The position numbers and the translations under genes are program-made. From Phoronis australis (lineage: Eukaryota > Animalia > Phoronida), in NCBI GenBank assembly GCA_002633005.1, contig NMRA01000256.1:406120-470119 (forward strand): a DNA stretch of 64,000 nt. The letters run 5' to 3'. Each line of letters starts with the position of its first letter. Position 1 is the first letter of the stretch. Below the pieces are notes generated by a model. The model made no database searches and was not told the DNA's origin. It saw only the letters and a program-made list of their open reading frames with translations. Positions 1 through 11,996 of this stretch are shown piece by piece.

Positions 1-250
1 AGTCCCAAAACACCATATGCCTGTGGGACAAGGATAGATGAAGAGATTTTGTAAAGTATTCAATGTGATTCATTTTACAGCCTCCTTGTGAACATTTTTG
101 TACATTTAAGTTCTCTTTATTCTGTCTATTCTGCCTAAAAACATTAGTTCAAGACGTTCAATTGATTGTCTCGATGGTGCAAAACAAGGAGCAAATGAAC
201 CATCTTAGGTAACAAGAAAAACCTAATTACAGGAATTCTGCCATGCAAAA

Positions 251-319
251 CATGGGCGGCGCAGCACTGGAAAAAGTGGGGGCTATGGCCCCCCAGCCCC
301 CTATGGTACGCCGCCCATG
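251..319. repeat. Short GC-rich hairpin repeat (11-bp IR catgggcggcg)
   Basis: Related copy at about 12054-12124; no TSD found. Confidence 0.6.
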
Positions 320-730
320 TAAGAGGTGTTAATGATCGTCTAGACCAGGTCACCATTTCTCTTTCAATGTCTTTATTTTTGTTTTGATTAGTTCGACAAT
401 TTCAGGTAGATCAACTCTAAAATTAATTCCTAAACAGGTAAAATGTGACGTTAGCCACAAACTTTTACGCCAATCCTCACACAATGCGTGACAATTTACA
501 AAATTGGTCTAGAAGATCACCTCACGGCAAACTGAGAGCCCGACTGTGATCGAGCACTGCGCTTGGCACCTGTTTACAAGAGCGAGAGTCATCCCAACTC
601 ACGCTTTACACTGGTTGTCATCTCATCCACACGCTTTTCGTTTGCCTTGCGCGCGAAACAGTTAAACTCTTCAGTGCAAACCGAAAATGCTGTCAACTTG
701 CAACACTCTTTCTCATTGCTACGAAAGGTA

Positions 731-2569
731 CCATCTGACACAGTGCCACCTATACTGAAAAGTGGCCCTGTAGAAACATGATGGGCGACACACGGAATTC
801 CGTGTGTGGGCATCAATTTGCATGCCTGGTCGGAAGTTTATCGATTACATCGCCACCACTACCACACGTTCTATGCACCGTACCTCTTTGGGCTTAAAAG
901 AGGCCTGAACTACATGTTTCAGCATTTTGATATGAATTTTTAAAGTATAAAGGTTGGTTACTGGCATCCTAAATAGTACACAGTATTTTTCTTTTTTTAC
1001 TTTGAAAAGTAAAAAATTATTAGTTCCTTAAAGCCCCACTGCAAGCGCTGTTTTTCGTGACGTCACTGAGGCTGTACAGCAAAAAGAGATATAGGTCATT
1101 AGCCGTGCGAATACGTAGTCCAGTCGACAGATCAACATGTGCATACTCACAACCTTTTTCGTTTTTCTTTCCTGTGACTTTGATTCATCCCAGGGCCAAG
1201 CCAGTCAGCTAGCTGTATGAAGACTATCTTCAAAATACAACCAGTAGCACTATGTTGAGCTCCGTTAGACTCCGAAATTTCACACACCGGGTAGTTCTGC
1301 TCGTCACCTCGTCGCGAAACTTATAGGCCTATCAACATGCAGAGCTCTAAACCGGCACTGGAGCGTGCAAATATCTGGGTGTCAACCGACACTCACCTTG
1401 CCCTCTGGAGCCATTTAAGTGAAAAACAATCAACTAAATGTTATTTTATTTCATAATTCTCAGCCTTTTGTAACAAAGAAAACCGTACGCTCAACACGCG
1501 CTATTTCTTAAAATTTTGCGACATCTGTCGGGAAATGTTGACAGCTTCGCAGGATCAAAATTTTTTATGAAATTCGGTATCGTGGTATTAAATTACTAAA
1601 AACGTGTAAGGAAATGAAATTAGCGCTAATAACTTGTTGTGACATGTACGCAACTTCGAAGAACAGTTCGATCGCTTAAGTTATACTTGGAAGAACAACT
1701 CGGAGAACGAAACTGGCCAATAAGGCAACAGGTGACGGCGCCGAAAGCCGACCTTAAAGAACGCACCCAAATTTTAGCAGCAGAGTGAACGGCAAAACGT
1801 CAATTTTTTTCAACACCATTAAATAATTTAGTTTACTCAAGGAAGAGTGTAATTTTTAATGACACTAATTTTGAGTCAGATTTTATTTGATCAGTTTTTA
1901 CCCACGTCGGTGCCGCTGTATATTTACTATACAGCTAACACCATGGCAAGACTCAATGCAGTCGCAGCCCTTCGTTTCTGGCCCGTGCCGAGAACGGCAT
2001 CATTCCACTAATAGTCAACACTACACTGCAGTAAACTTGTATTATGAACTTTTGGGAGCCGAGATCGCATACGAATTATACACACTAAGCATAGTTCTGT
2101 AGCCGAGAGGCATTCACCCAATGAGCTATATACATAATAAGCTTAATTTATCTTATTGCCTTCACCCACAGTACAGCCTCAGTGACGTCAGACGTGCGTT
2201 AGCCAATAGGAATAAACATTGGAAAAACGCTTTTTTACACATTGAAAAAATGTGAAAGAGTAAGATTTGATTTTTGATATGGACTTTATTCATCAATTAA
2301 ATTACATTAAAAATGCATGTTGTTGTACTTCAGGAACCTTTTAAGCCACTGGATCGGGGCTATCATGATTTTGTTTAGTTCGATCACTGCCCCTTTTAAT
2401 AAACTGCAGTTATTTAAGTCAAAGCTGGTCGACATACTTCGTAACAGTAAACTGAAAGGGGTTTCTCAAATTTCAACCAATGGGAATGACTGAATGTTAT
2501 GACGTCAGTTTCATTACTTTAACAAATGAGAAGCCATGATTAGCAACATTCGAAGTGCTACCTTTCGTA
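731..2569 (+). repeat. ~0.4-kb interspersed repeat, copy A (split by the 898-2340 insertion)
   Basis: Aligns with 17445-17816 directly and with 2570-3202 in inverted orientation. Confidence 0.8.
898..2340. mobile_element. TTAA-targeting non-autonomous DNA transposon (Kolobok-like MITE, 1443 bp)
   Basis: TTAA at 894-897 and 2341-2344. The empty site tttgggcTTAAgccactggatc is seen in the host-repeat copy at 17602-17605. Imperfect AAG..CTT TIRs and a perfect 20-bp subterminal IR at 1058-1077 / 2171-2190. Confidence 0.85.
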
Positions 2570-3202
2570 TACACTCTTTCACAGTGCTACGCATGCGTTG
2601 GCTGGAATTCCCGAGTCGGACGTTGTGGACCATTTGCTAACAAAAGAGCGGGCGGACTGAGCTAAAAAAAAAAAAGAAAAACTGGAGCACCTCTGTGACC
2701 GACTTTGCGCTTATTTTTTTGTCCCATTTTCTCGGACTTTTTATCTCTCGGGGGCTGACCTTTCTGCCCACTTCTTTAATTGGGGGCCCCCCTGGGTGCG
2801 CGCATGCTACGAAAAGTAGCACTGTGGTATGTTGTTTATCATCGCTTCTCATAGGTTAAAGTAATGAAACCGATGTCATAACATTCAGTCATTCCGATTG
2901 GTTGAAATCTGGGAAACCCCTTTCAGTTTAGTGTTGCGTAGTATGGTGACCATCTTTGACTTGAATAGTTGCAATTTATTTAAACGGGCAGTGATCGAAG
3001 AAAACAAAAATCAAGGGAACCCCGATCCCGTGGCTAAGCCCAAACAAGTAGAGTGCATAGAAGGCGTGTGCAAGGGGTGGCGATGTGATCGATGGACTTC
3101 CGACCAAGCTTGCGCATTGAAGCCCACACACGGATTTCCATGTGTCGGTCATCATGTTTCCACAAGGCCCCTTTTCTGTATAGGTGGCGCTGTGTCAGAG
3201 GG
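2570..3202 (-). repeat. ~0.4-kb interspersed repeat, copy B (inverted; split by the 2592-2806 insertion)
   Basis: Reverse complement begins ccctctgacacagcgccacctatacag like copies A and C, and ends in the cacagtgctac-N5-gtagcactgtg hairpin. Confidence 0.8.
2592..2806. mobile_element. Mini DNA element, CATG termini, 5-bp TSD CTACG
   Basis: CTACG at 2587-2591 and 2807-2811. Removing it restores the host hairpin. Right end shared with 60762-61031. Confidence 0.7.
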
Positions 3203-6200
3203 TATCAACTTCCCGGCTGTACCGGACTTCTTCATTTGGAAAGTCACGTGAGTTGTTACGTGAACAGTTTCTCGGTAGACATCAACATGGAATAAAAAGA
3301 GCTATAGTGGTGAAGAGGTCCAATTCGTGAACTTCTTGTTGGAAGGGCCAACCTTCGTTGCCTAGCCAGCACGGCAGGTATCGCGCAGTGGCACGCGCCT
3401 TAGCACTGGTTGATGTAACCTCAGCAGTCATTGGTTAGCTTTACAACACCGTGAAAAATGGCGGACTGTGAACGATTTTTAGCCTTGTCATGCAAGTGAT
3501 GTCGCAGCAACTATTTCGTTTCTGCAGTGATGTTTAATAGCCGCGTGCTTGTACTTGTACAATAAGCACATATATCACGCCGATTTAAACGGTGTGTTAT
3601 TCAAACTGTATGAATACAGGACAGTATCGTAAACAAAAGTCATCGACAGTAGAAAGATGCACTCCAAAAAGGCGCAACTACAATTTCTAGGATTCACTTA
3701 TCCTGAACATGAATTTTAAGCACCGATTTGTCTGTACAACAGACCACATTTACACCTCAGTCCATCAATCATGCCAGTTTGTTGGCGTAAAGCGCTGCCT
3801 GTTGAGGATTCGACCAACCAATCAGAAACGCCGCTGTAAAAAAAAATTTCCCGAGGAAAATTAAGTGATACCTGCGTGCTGGCGCGGCTACCGCCTCACC
3901 TAGCGGCACGCAGAGAACCAGTGAGCGTTGCTAAGTTACTCGACGTCATTTCTATGACCAATCACGAGCCAAAATAAATTGGAGCCATCTAGTCTCTGCA
4001 CAGGCAGGTTCCCCGTCCGTGCTGCCGCCTCTCGGCATGACTGACAGTCTCTGCTATGGTACTTGTCTGCAAACAAAGCGGTTTTTGCAATGCGCAGTGT
4101 GAGAACTGGACAATGAAATGACCAGTAAATGTCAAAAAGTGCGCTTGATAATAAATTAATGCCATCTGTCCGTGAATATTGCGTGGTTGTTGGACACAAA
4201 AATGTACAAATTATTCACACAGTTTTTTATCCTCTGGATATCGGCTTCGCTGGTCCCGACGCCGATGTAGGGGTGATCGACGATAGCAACAATTTCTAGT
4301 GGTAACGGAATCAAAGATTTAATTGCAATAATTCATGTTTTATCTCCGTATCGAGGGCTTACTACCAGGAGCGGACTTTGTGCCACGTGGCTAACCTTGC
4401 CAATTACCGGAGGATCAGTACAAAAATCAGTGGGCATTACTGAATGCGCTTCATAATTGCGCCCAGGTGGTTCTCAGGAAGAAAAAAAGAATTTGTGATA
4501 ATGCTGAATGTTTTGGGAACGACATAATACCATAAGATTTTCAGTTTTGACGATATCCTTTTCNGAAGGTCGGGAGTTGGTTTCCCGTGTAAGATTTTTT
4601 GTGGTTTTTAGTAATTGATTTCATTTTTCTCACTGGCGAAATTTTTTTCAATTTTATTTTTTCACCCTGTCCCGAGGGGGGTTTGAACCCCCTGAACTCC
4701 CCTGTAGATCCGCCTCTGACTAACGCACGTTACTTGTTTGTTTACTCCACTGATCTAATTATATACTCAAAATTGTAAACAAAACCGTGGACACCTGGCC
4801 TATATACGTCGCTTTAAAATCAACAACGCTTAATCATCAAAAACAGCCTCACAAAGCGGTCAGAACATAATATCCCCTACACTGTAACCATCGGTGAGAA
4901 GAAACGAATTTTATCCCAGGCAGGACCCGGTCTAAAACGGCCGTATCTTCCCTTTCTATTGGTAAACAAGTCATTATCACGTTTTATGAAGACGGGCTTT
5001 CAACTTCAAAGTGTGCCACGATCATGTTTACGTCAACAGCAATGTTTCGCTCTTACACAAACGTGCCTACATTCCTGTTTCCAACAGTACCGTACGCAAT
5101 GCATAATGCGTGATGTGTTTATTTGAAACGAGTTGCGCTGCGAATAACAGCGGGGAGTTCCGTTTTCATGACGTCAGCGACGATTTCCAATTTGAAACTG
5201 TCAAGAAACACACAGAACAGTAGCCATTTAACGAAAATCAGTCATTGGTCATTTGCTAAAACACAGTCTTTACTTATTCTCTCGTCTACAGACGTTTTCT
5301 TTGTCAAATTACATTACTTAGATATAATAAACTTACTCATTTGTCTCAAGGAAAACATCACATCTGCCAAAGACTCAGAAATGCTTCTCCCTAAATTGAA
5401 ATTTTCAAGAAACTGCGAATATGAAACTTTTAACAATCGATGGTGGCCTCTGGCTTTTGTTTTTTTCGCTTCTACAATTTCAAAGCGGCGGGCTTACAGA
5501 TTTTCAAACAACTGTATAATCAGAACCGCCAAACCAAGACATATTAAGTGCAATTTATTTATCATGTGCTAAAGATTACATAAATTGTGTGGAGGTCAAA
5601 ACTAGCGAATGATCTTTCCAAGCACTTTAAAGGTCTACTAATGAGTCGATAATGAGACACTCACTGAGTTCGAAACCAAAATTATTTAGTGGCTGAAAAC
5701 AAGAAACGAATTCGGCACTATGCAATCATGCAAGGAGAAACAGAAATTAAAAAAGACACAATTTAAATACTGGGTAAGAGATAGAAATCAGCAATAAACT
5801 CACTTGTAAGCGAGCTGGACTTGCATGTTTTTAGAGCTGAGCGTTTTGAAGCATGGAGTCAGATGCTAATTTCTACCAGTTCATTTGATGCAAAACAGAC
5901 ATTTTACACGTGCCAGAATATTATAAAGGAACAAGTGAAAGGACGTAACTCAATCATTATAATGGTGGAGAAACAATCCAGTTCCCGAACTGGAGATCAG
6001 ATACAGCGTACAAACCCACTGCGATTCACGATCGATTGGTCGGAGTATGAAATAAGATGGGTCACTGGGGTGTTTCTACACCCTGAGATTCGGTCCACGA
6101 ATTCTCAGTCAAGCAATACCTGCAGTTATCAAGGCGTGTTTCCGATGTTTTGTTTATTCCGACTGTTTGCGTGAAGTTAAGTAAAAATATCTTACCATGT

Positions 6201-8559
6201 ATACTGTAGGAATGACTCTTTCATAAAAAGTCATTAGTTTATTTCAGTACTCGCCATATTTCGTGGTATAAACAACTTCAACTACTGCTTCGACAGTATC
6301 ATGTAAGAACCACAAACTTTCGTAATTGTTCGTTGCGATATTCCGTGGTCTTAAAGTTGCTTGATTCATGTCGTTTATCATTTTGATTAGTCTTGAATCC
6401 AGCCTCAGCCATTATCAAATTTTTGTGTCTGAAAACCAATACACTGACCTCGAAGAAAGTCGCTAATTGTGTAATATTTGACGACTGCGATAGCTTGTGG
6501 ACAGACGTGAAAAGGTTACCCAGATCTTCAAGACAATGTTCATTCCTGCATTGGACAAGGCGAAAAAGAAGTGGTTAATCGTATAAATCAAAACTTAGTT
6601 TTGACAGTATTTGAACATTCCCTTAAGTCATCCAAACCATTTTCTCTCACATTATCAAGTAAATTTTACATGCATCTTATAAGCGTATCGATCGATTGCA
6701 AGTACAATAGCGTAGTTCTCAACGTAAAATTTTACTGTGATACGGCGTTAACGAAGTATTTCTCATTTCCTGAGAAACAAAAGATCTAGAAATTGACGTT
6801 ATTTTCGATAATACTTACAGCAGATAGATATTTATTAACATCCTGAATTCATCCAAAATTTGCCGACAGTTATATATCAGGTTTGTAGACAACTGGCGTA
6901 GTAACCATATCCTACTAATACACCACGGCTGTCTTGTTGTTTGGTGAACCCACAAACATCTCCTACTTGTGCGCAACGTTAGTGCCAGCACACTTCGGAA
7001 AAATAGAGATACTACAAGACGACGAATCTAGATCGATATCAACATATACCTGCCGTTTGAGCAAGGGCAACAGGCTATCTTTGAATAGTACACCGTTACC
7101 TTCTAGCATGGGCGTTCGGAACACCTCGGGTATTTTCGTAGTATGGACTTTCCCCGCTTACTAACTTTAAATTACTTCGTAACTTGTACTATTATTCTGA
7201 TATCTGGTCCACATAGTTACCACATACGGTCAATTCAGGTGAAAAAGCATGACACAATCTTAATTCCTGGCATCAAAATTAATCGACCAAGTAACCATTG
7301 ATACTTTTGATAAACGTGGTTCATTTTTGTTGCTTCATTTACTCGTAAATTGCACGAGAAGTTTCGTTGGTCGGCCGTTGCCCAGGCAACTGTCGCAGTA
7401 ATTCGTCACTCGCCTACGGCAATTGGATTTTTAGGAAGAGCAAGTGTAACCCGAAATTCAAATCAGAGAAAGATGATTCACCCTTGAAAAATCATTTGAG
7501 TAAGAATATTGACTTGTAATCATAAGACATGCAACAACAGTATTTCTTAGCTCGCTCAAATTCTTACCTGTATCGGTGACGATTTTTGTCTCACCAAAAC
7601 CCGATTTCGATTTCACTCTCCAATAGGAACGTTCGTGCTGTAAAGTATTCCTCACGTTTTGGTTCCATCCACCTAAGTGAAATTTTCTCAACATCTGTTA
7701 ACGACACATTTACTACAGACTTTCTACCTGACGTTTCAAAAGCTTTCATCTCAATTTAAAACTATTCTGTGCGAAACATCTTTTTGTGTGGGCTCACGAA
7801 ATGTGTTGAACTTCATTTGGCAGTTCTCAGTGAGCCGACTCGCAGTCGCCTCGCCACCTGGTGACTGTCAACTTAGTTTTCGGAAATCTGATGCTACGAA
7901 AATACTCCGGGTGTTCTGAATGCAGCAGGGGCAGATTTATGATTTTAGGGATTAGAGAAATACTTAACCAACGGGGTTGTTATGGTTGTGCGTACTGGAG
8001 GCGTATTTACTGTTTATGCCGCCACTGATCAGTAACCAACATTGTTTTCAGAGTCAAATAGGGAAATTTAAAGGGATAATATCGGTTTTACGACAGTTTT
8101 GTGAAGTGAATGGGGAGAAATTGCACGAATGATATTCAGGTTTATTTCGAAGTTGTTTTGAGTAAAAGAAGATCAGGAATCTGGCTCCTGCTCTGTTTGA
8201 CCCGGTTCTGGAAGTCCTGTCAGCTTCGAAGCACTTCTTTGCTCAGCACAAACGTTTTGCAGCAAATACCGGTACCTTTAGACGGATGTAAATTGAAAGA
8301 ATGTGATTGATCATGAAATATGTTAACCTAGATACTTTTGGAATCTACAGCGCAAGAACATTAGAATTGCTGTCTCCGCTCTGGGACTGAGGTAGTCGGG
8401 AATTTGTGATGTTGTGGAGAAGAGTGGTCACATATTGGCATTTCAAATTCCCAGTTAATGTAACCGGACAAAACACACGAGTTTGTTGATTTTTGTTTGT
8501 TTGTTATGTCTCTCGGTGTGTATGTACGTACGTATGTACGTATGTATGTATATGTATAT

Positions 8560-8693
8560 ATGTTTCATTGAAAAGTAGGAAGCTGTTCTTGGCCTTAGAT
8601 AGCTTGTTCAATAAACTTTCGTATTGTCTACATAAATGTCTTTCTTCAGATGGCAGTTGAAATAGTAGATCACCGAGTGTAAGTGGCATCATG
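8560..8693 (-). mobile_element. Possible Penelope-like ORF N-terminal remnant between microsatellites
   Basis: MMPLTLGDLLFQLPSEERHLCRQYESLLNKLSKAKNSFLLFNET runs into a (TA/TACA)n tract. Assignment rests on recalled resemblance only. Confidence 0.3.
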
Positions 8694-8756
8694 AACACAA
8701 ATATACACAAATAATGACATTAAACACGAATATAAGATAGCATATATAAGAGCGCA

Positions 8757-8798
<42 letters not shown>

Positions 8799-8807
8799 GC
8801 ACGCACG

Positions 8808-8855
<48 letters not shown>

Positions 8856-8858
8856 CAC
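8757..8858. repeat. Compound (TA)n(CA)n microsatellite
   Basis: Directly visible. Confidence 0.95.
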
Positions 8859-8943
8859 AAAACGTACCGAGAGTGGCGTACATGAAGTAATATCCCACGA
8901 GACATTATTCCTTCGGTCTCGGTCGATACGCGGAATAATGTCG

Positions 8944-9532
8944 AGTATTTATCCCATACGCTTCGAATTCCTAAGTTTCTTTCATTTTTCGGTACATTTT
9001 TAATGCTTCACTCAGACTGTTCACGTGGCGGATCACATCCTATACGTACATGTACTTGAGCGTTAGGTTGCAAGTTTTCTCTAGTAAAAGAAACATTTTT
9101 AAATGTAACCATTTGTTACTTGAAAAGAGATAACAAAGATGAAAGCAACGACGACTATGCATTGAACTTGTAACACTCTCCTGAAAATAGTTAATAATAT
9201 GAAATATTGTTGTTACCGAGAATTCGGCGCCTGAGTTGCAGACGACATAATATTTAGCAATTGAAAACTGAGACAGAACTGTCATATAATTAACAGTCCT
9301 GTTCCGGATGTTACGATTGAAACCTGGTTGCATGTTGAGTGTTGCTCACACTGTTGCAATTGCATTACTTTAAACTATTTTCCAAAAGTTTGATGATCGA
9401 ACCAGCTATCGACGTTAAGTCGACATTGACCTACCTTTTGAACTTTCGATGTCAGAGGTCGCTGTTGAAGTAGTGCGGGAGGTGAATAACCGTATTTCCC
9501 TCGACTGATTCAACGCGTATGGGATAAATACT
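8944..9532. repeat. Element bounded by an 18-bp perfect inverted repeat
   Basis: agtatttatcccatacgc (8944-8961) / gcgtatgggataaatact (9515-9532); related end sequence near 35745. Confidence 0.55.
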
Positions 9533-9754
9533 GTATACTATATACTTATATAGATAAAATTAACATATTAATGACTGTGGATACAATTTAGTCAACATAG
9601 CTTGAACATATCCATGAAAATCTGTCGCGGTTCGCTCGAGCTTCCCTCATCTGCTACGCGAAATCACGCCCCCTGTTGACGAACAAAAAGTCCAAGGGAC
9701 ACAAATAGAATTCATCGGGATATTCCTGTGAGAAGATCCTTAAACAGGAGTTAA

Positions 9755-10707
9755 ACAGGAGACCTAGAACCAAGATCTATTGGTTGTAACAACTTTCATT
9801 TAATTAATTATAGCAGTTGTAGTAAAGATTGGTTTAAAAAGTGTACTATTCATACTTTTGCACAAAACCCCGACACTTATGTGCGGTTAAGTAATTATTA
9901 CAATGAAAAAGAAATTAGAGAAATTTATTTTTTACCCTTCAGCCTCCCAAAAATCCTGAATTAAAAAACTTCAGGTACCTCTTTACCCATTGAAGAATAT
10001 TTACAAATATCACTTTATACAAAATAGGGGTGGTTGATACTGATAAGTGTCCCTATTGTGATGAGTTACAGACTCTATTTCATATGTTTTATTATTGCAC
10101 ATGTGTCAGGACTTTCTGGGAATCAGTGCAAACACCCTTAAATAAAGCCCTAAATACCCAGTACATGTTTACGATGTGGGACATATTACATTCTATTCAA
10201 AACCCTAATACAAACCACATATTAATTTGCAATACCATTAATACACTTGCACTTTACTTCATTTATCAGACATCAAAGGTAAAAAAGCCTCTCCTTTTTA
10301 AGGATTTCAAGTTGAAATTACAAACTTTTATAAACACAATTTTAACAGATACCTCGGACACAAATATGGATAAATGGAGAGGTCTGCACGCATGCTTTTA
10401 ATTAGTATTCTAGAAATCATCAAAGTTGTACTGTTATTATTATTTTTATATGTATTTATGTTTGTACGTATTTATATAGAACCTAATTTCTCCACACATA
10501 ATTTCAACACGGCGCGCGCGCGCGCGCGCGTGTGTGTGAATGGCGCGTGAAAGTCCTTCCCCGCTCCCCTTTCCCCTTTCCAGTTACATTTTATTGCCTT
10601 ATATATCTATTAGTCGCTATTATATACTTTTGTTAAAGCCAGAACTGAGGAACCCAACCTCAGACTGGCTACGTGCTGTTGTCCGGGCAATAAATGTATT
10701 AAAAAAA
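9755..10707 (+). mobile_element. 5'-truncated L1/Tx1-like LINE 3' end
   Basis: ORF 10030-10401 carries the C-terminal zinc knuckle CPYC..TLFHMFYYC. AATAAA at about 10689 and an A tail at 10701-10708. Candidate TSD aggagttaa at 9746-9754 / 10708-10716. Confidence 0.75.
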
Positions 10708-11709
10708 AGGAGTTAACGGACACCAGGGAGCAGACTAAGGATTGTGAATAAAGTTGCGGGAGCTTGCGACTTTTGAGACCAGGTAGGTTTAAAGTGAAAA
10801 AGTTTATGTTGCGTATCTAAGACAGAACTTAATAAAACAGCTTTTTTACACAAGCATGATTGCTAGGTGTGTTATCATGTTGTCGACAATAAACGTGTTC
10901 AAAAGTGTGGGTTATCACTATAAAACAGCGACTCGTTTTCGTTTTCTCAGAAATTTTATTAAGAGAAAACTTTAAAACCAGATTATTAACATTCACGTTT
11001 TGCCAGTCTGTCACTGCAGGCAACATCAATTGTTTTGTTTTTTTATATTCATTTACTTACAAGTTGGCGCGCCAGTCTTTAAAGAGTTATTTCGACAGAG
11101 TTCGGAACAAAAGTCAATTTCTTGAGAGTAGAAAGCAACCAGTGTGTTTGCTCTTTTAAGTGGTATCAATTGCCTGATATAATTAAGTAAAATGTCTGTT
11201 TTACGGTGATGAATGCCGTACAGATCAAAGACGAAATGTCCACATTAAGACTGACCGAGTTGTTATTACCATCAACACACCCTACATACGCTTGAGATAT
11301 GTGGATTTAATACAGTCTCTGATATTGCCTATCGATTTTAAGAGCTGACTGTAGAAAATTGAAAAAGGTTCGTGCCTTTCAAAGTTCTGTCTACACACCA
11401 TGGTAAAGACATTAGATACAACACTGTTCTGAATCGTGTTTTCCTGTGTTTTAGATTTTCCTATTGTATGTTAAAGGTTCAGCTTTAGCCTAAACTTCAT
11501 TTCGTATACCTCGTGGTTGCCTCATTTTTCACGACAATGCAACCTGCAGGAACAATTAACCTGCAGCCCGAAGTCACGAAATGAAAGTCTTCGAGAAACA
11601 AGGCCCAGACAGCGCTGATTAGTAAAATATGCTGCCATGCAAAGATAGTACTAAATCTCACACAAACAATAAATTTTCATTCAATCAGTTTTTGGCCACA
11701 GTATGATTA

Positions 11710-11996
11710 AAAACCGGACGATCGCCGCACAAATAAAATAGAACAATGTTCAATCAACATTTCGTCTATTCATTAGACATCATCAGGATCATATTTACAA
11801 AGGACAGCAGAGCTCAGTGACCCTGCAACTATGGTGATGACCAGCTACTGACTATATTCCCTGTATCTCTCACTTCACTTTATGGATGTTACCTGAGGTG
11901 GATGTTGGCACTTGCTTTTCTTTGTAAATATGATCCTGATGATGTCTAATGAATAGAGGAAACGTTTAGTTGTGCGGCGATCGTCCGGATTTTAAA
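11710..11996. mobile_element. Penelope-like pseudo-LTR remnant in inverted arrangement
   Basis: Arms at about 11710-11805 and 11918-11996 are inverted copies, each with a CTGATGA..GAAA core. Confidence 0.6.
11751..11791 (-). ncRNA. Minimal type I hammerhead ribozyme motif
   Basis: Minus strand reads UGAUC-CUGAUGA-U-GUCUA-AUGAA-UAGAC-GAAA-UG-UU-GAUUG: conserved core, 5-bp stem II, 5-bp stem I (two G-U pairs), vestigial stem III. Confidence 0.55.

Noticed and set aside
8670-8905. CVCVCV-rich ORFs
   Set aside because: Translations of the (CA)n/(TA)n microsatellite.
10512-10538. (GC)n(GT)n potential Z-DNA tract
   Set aside because: Short simple repeat within a LINE 3' UTR; no evidence of function.
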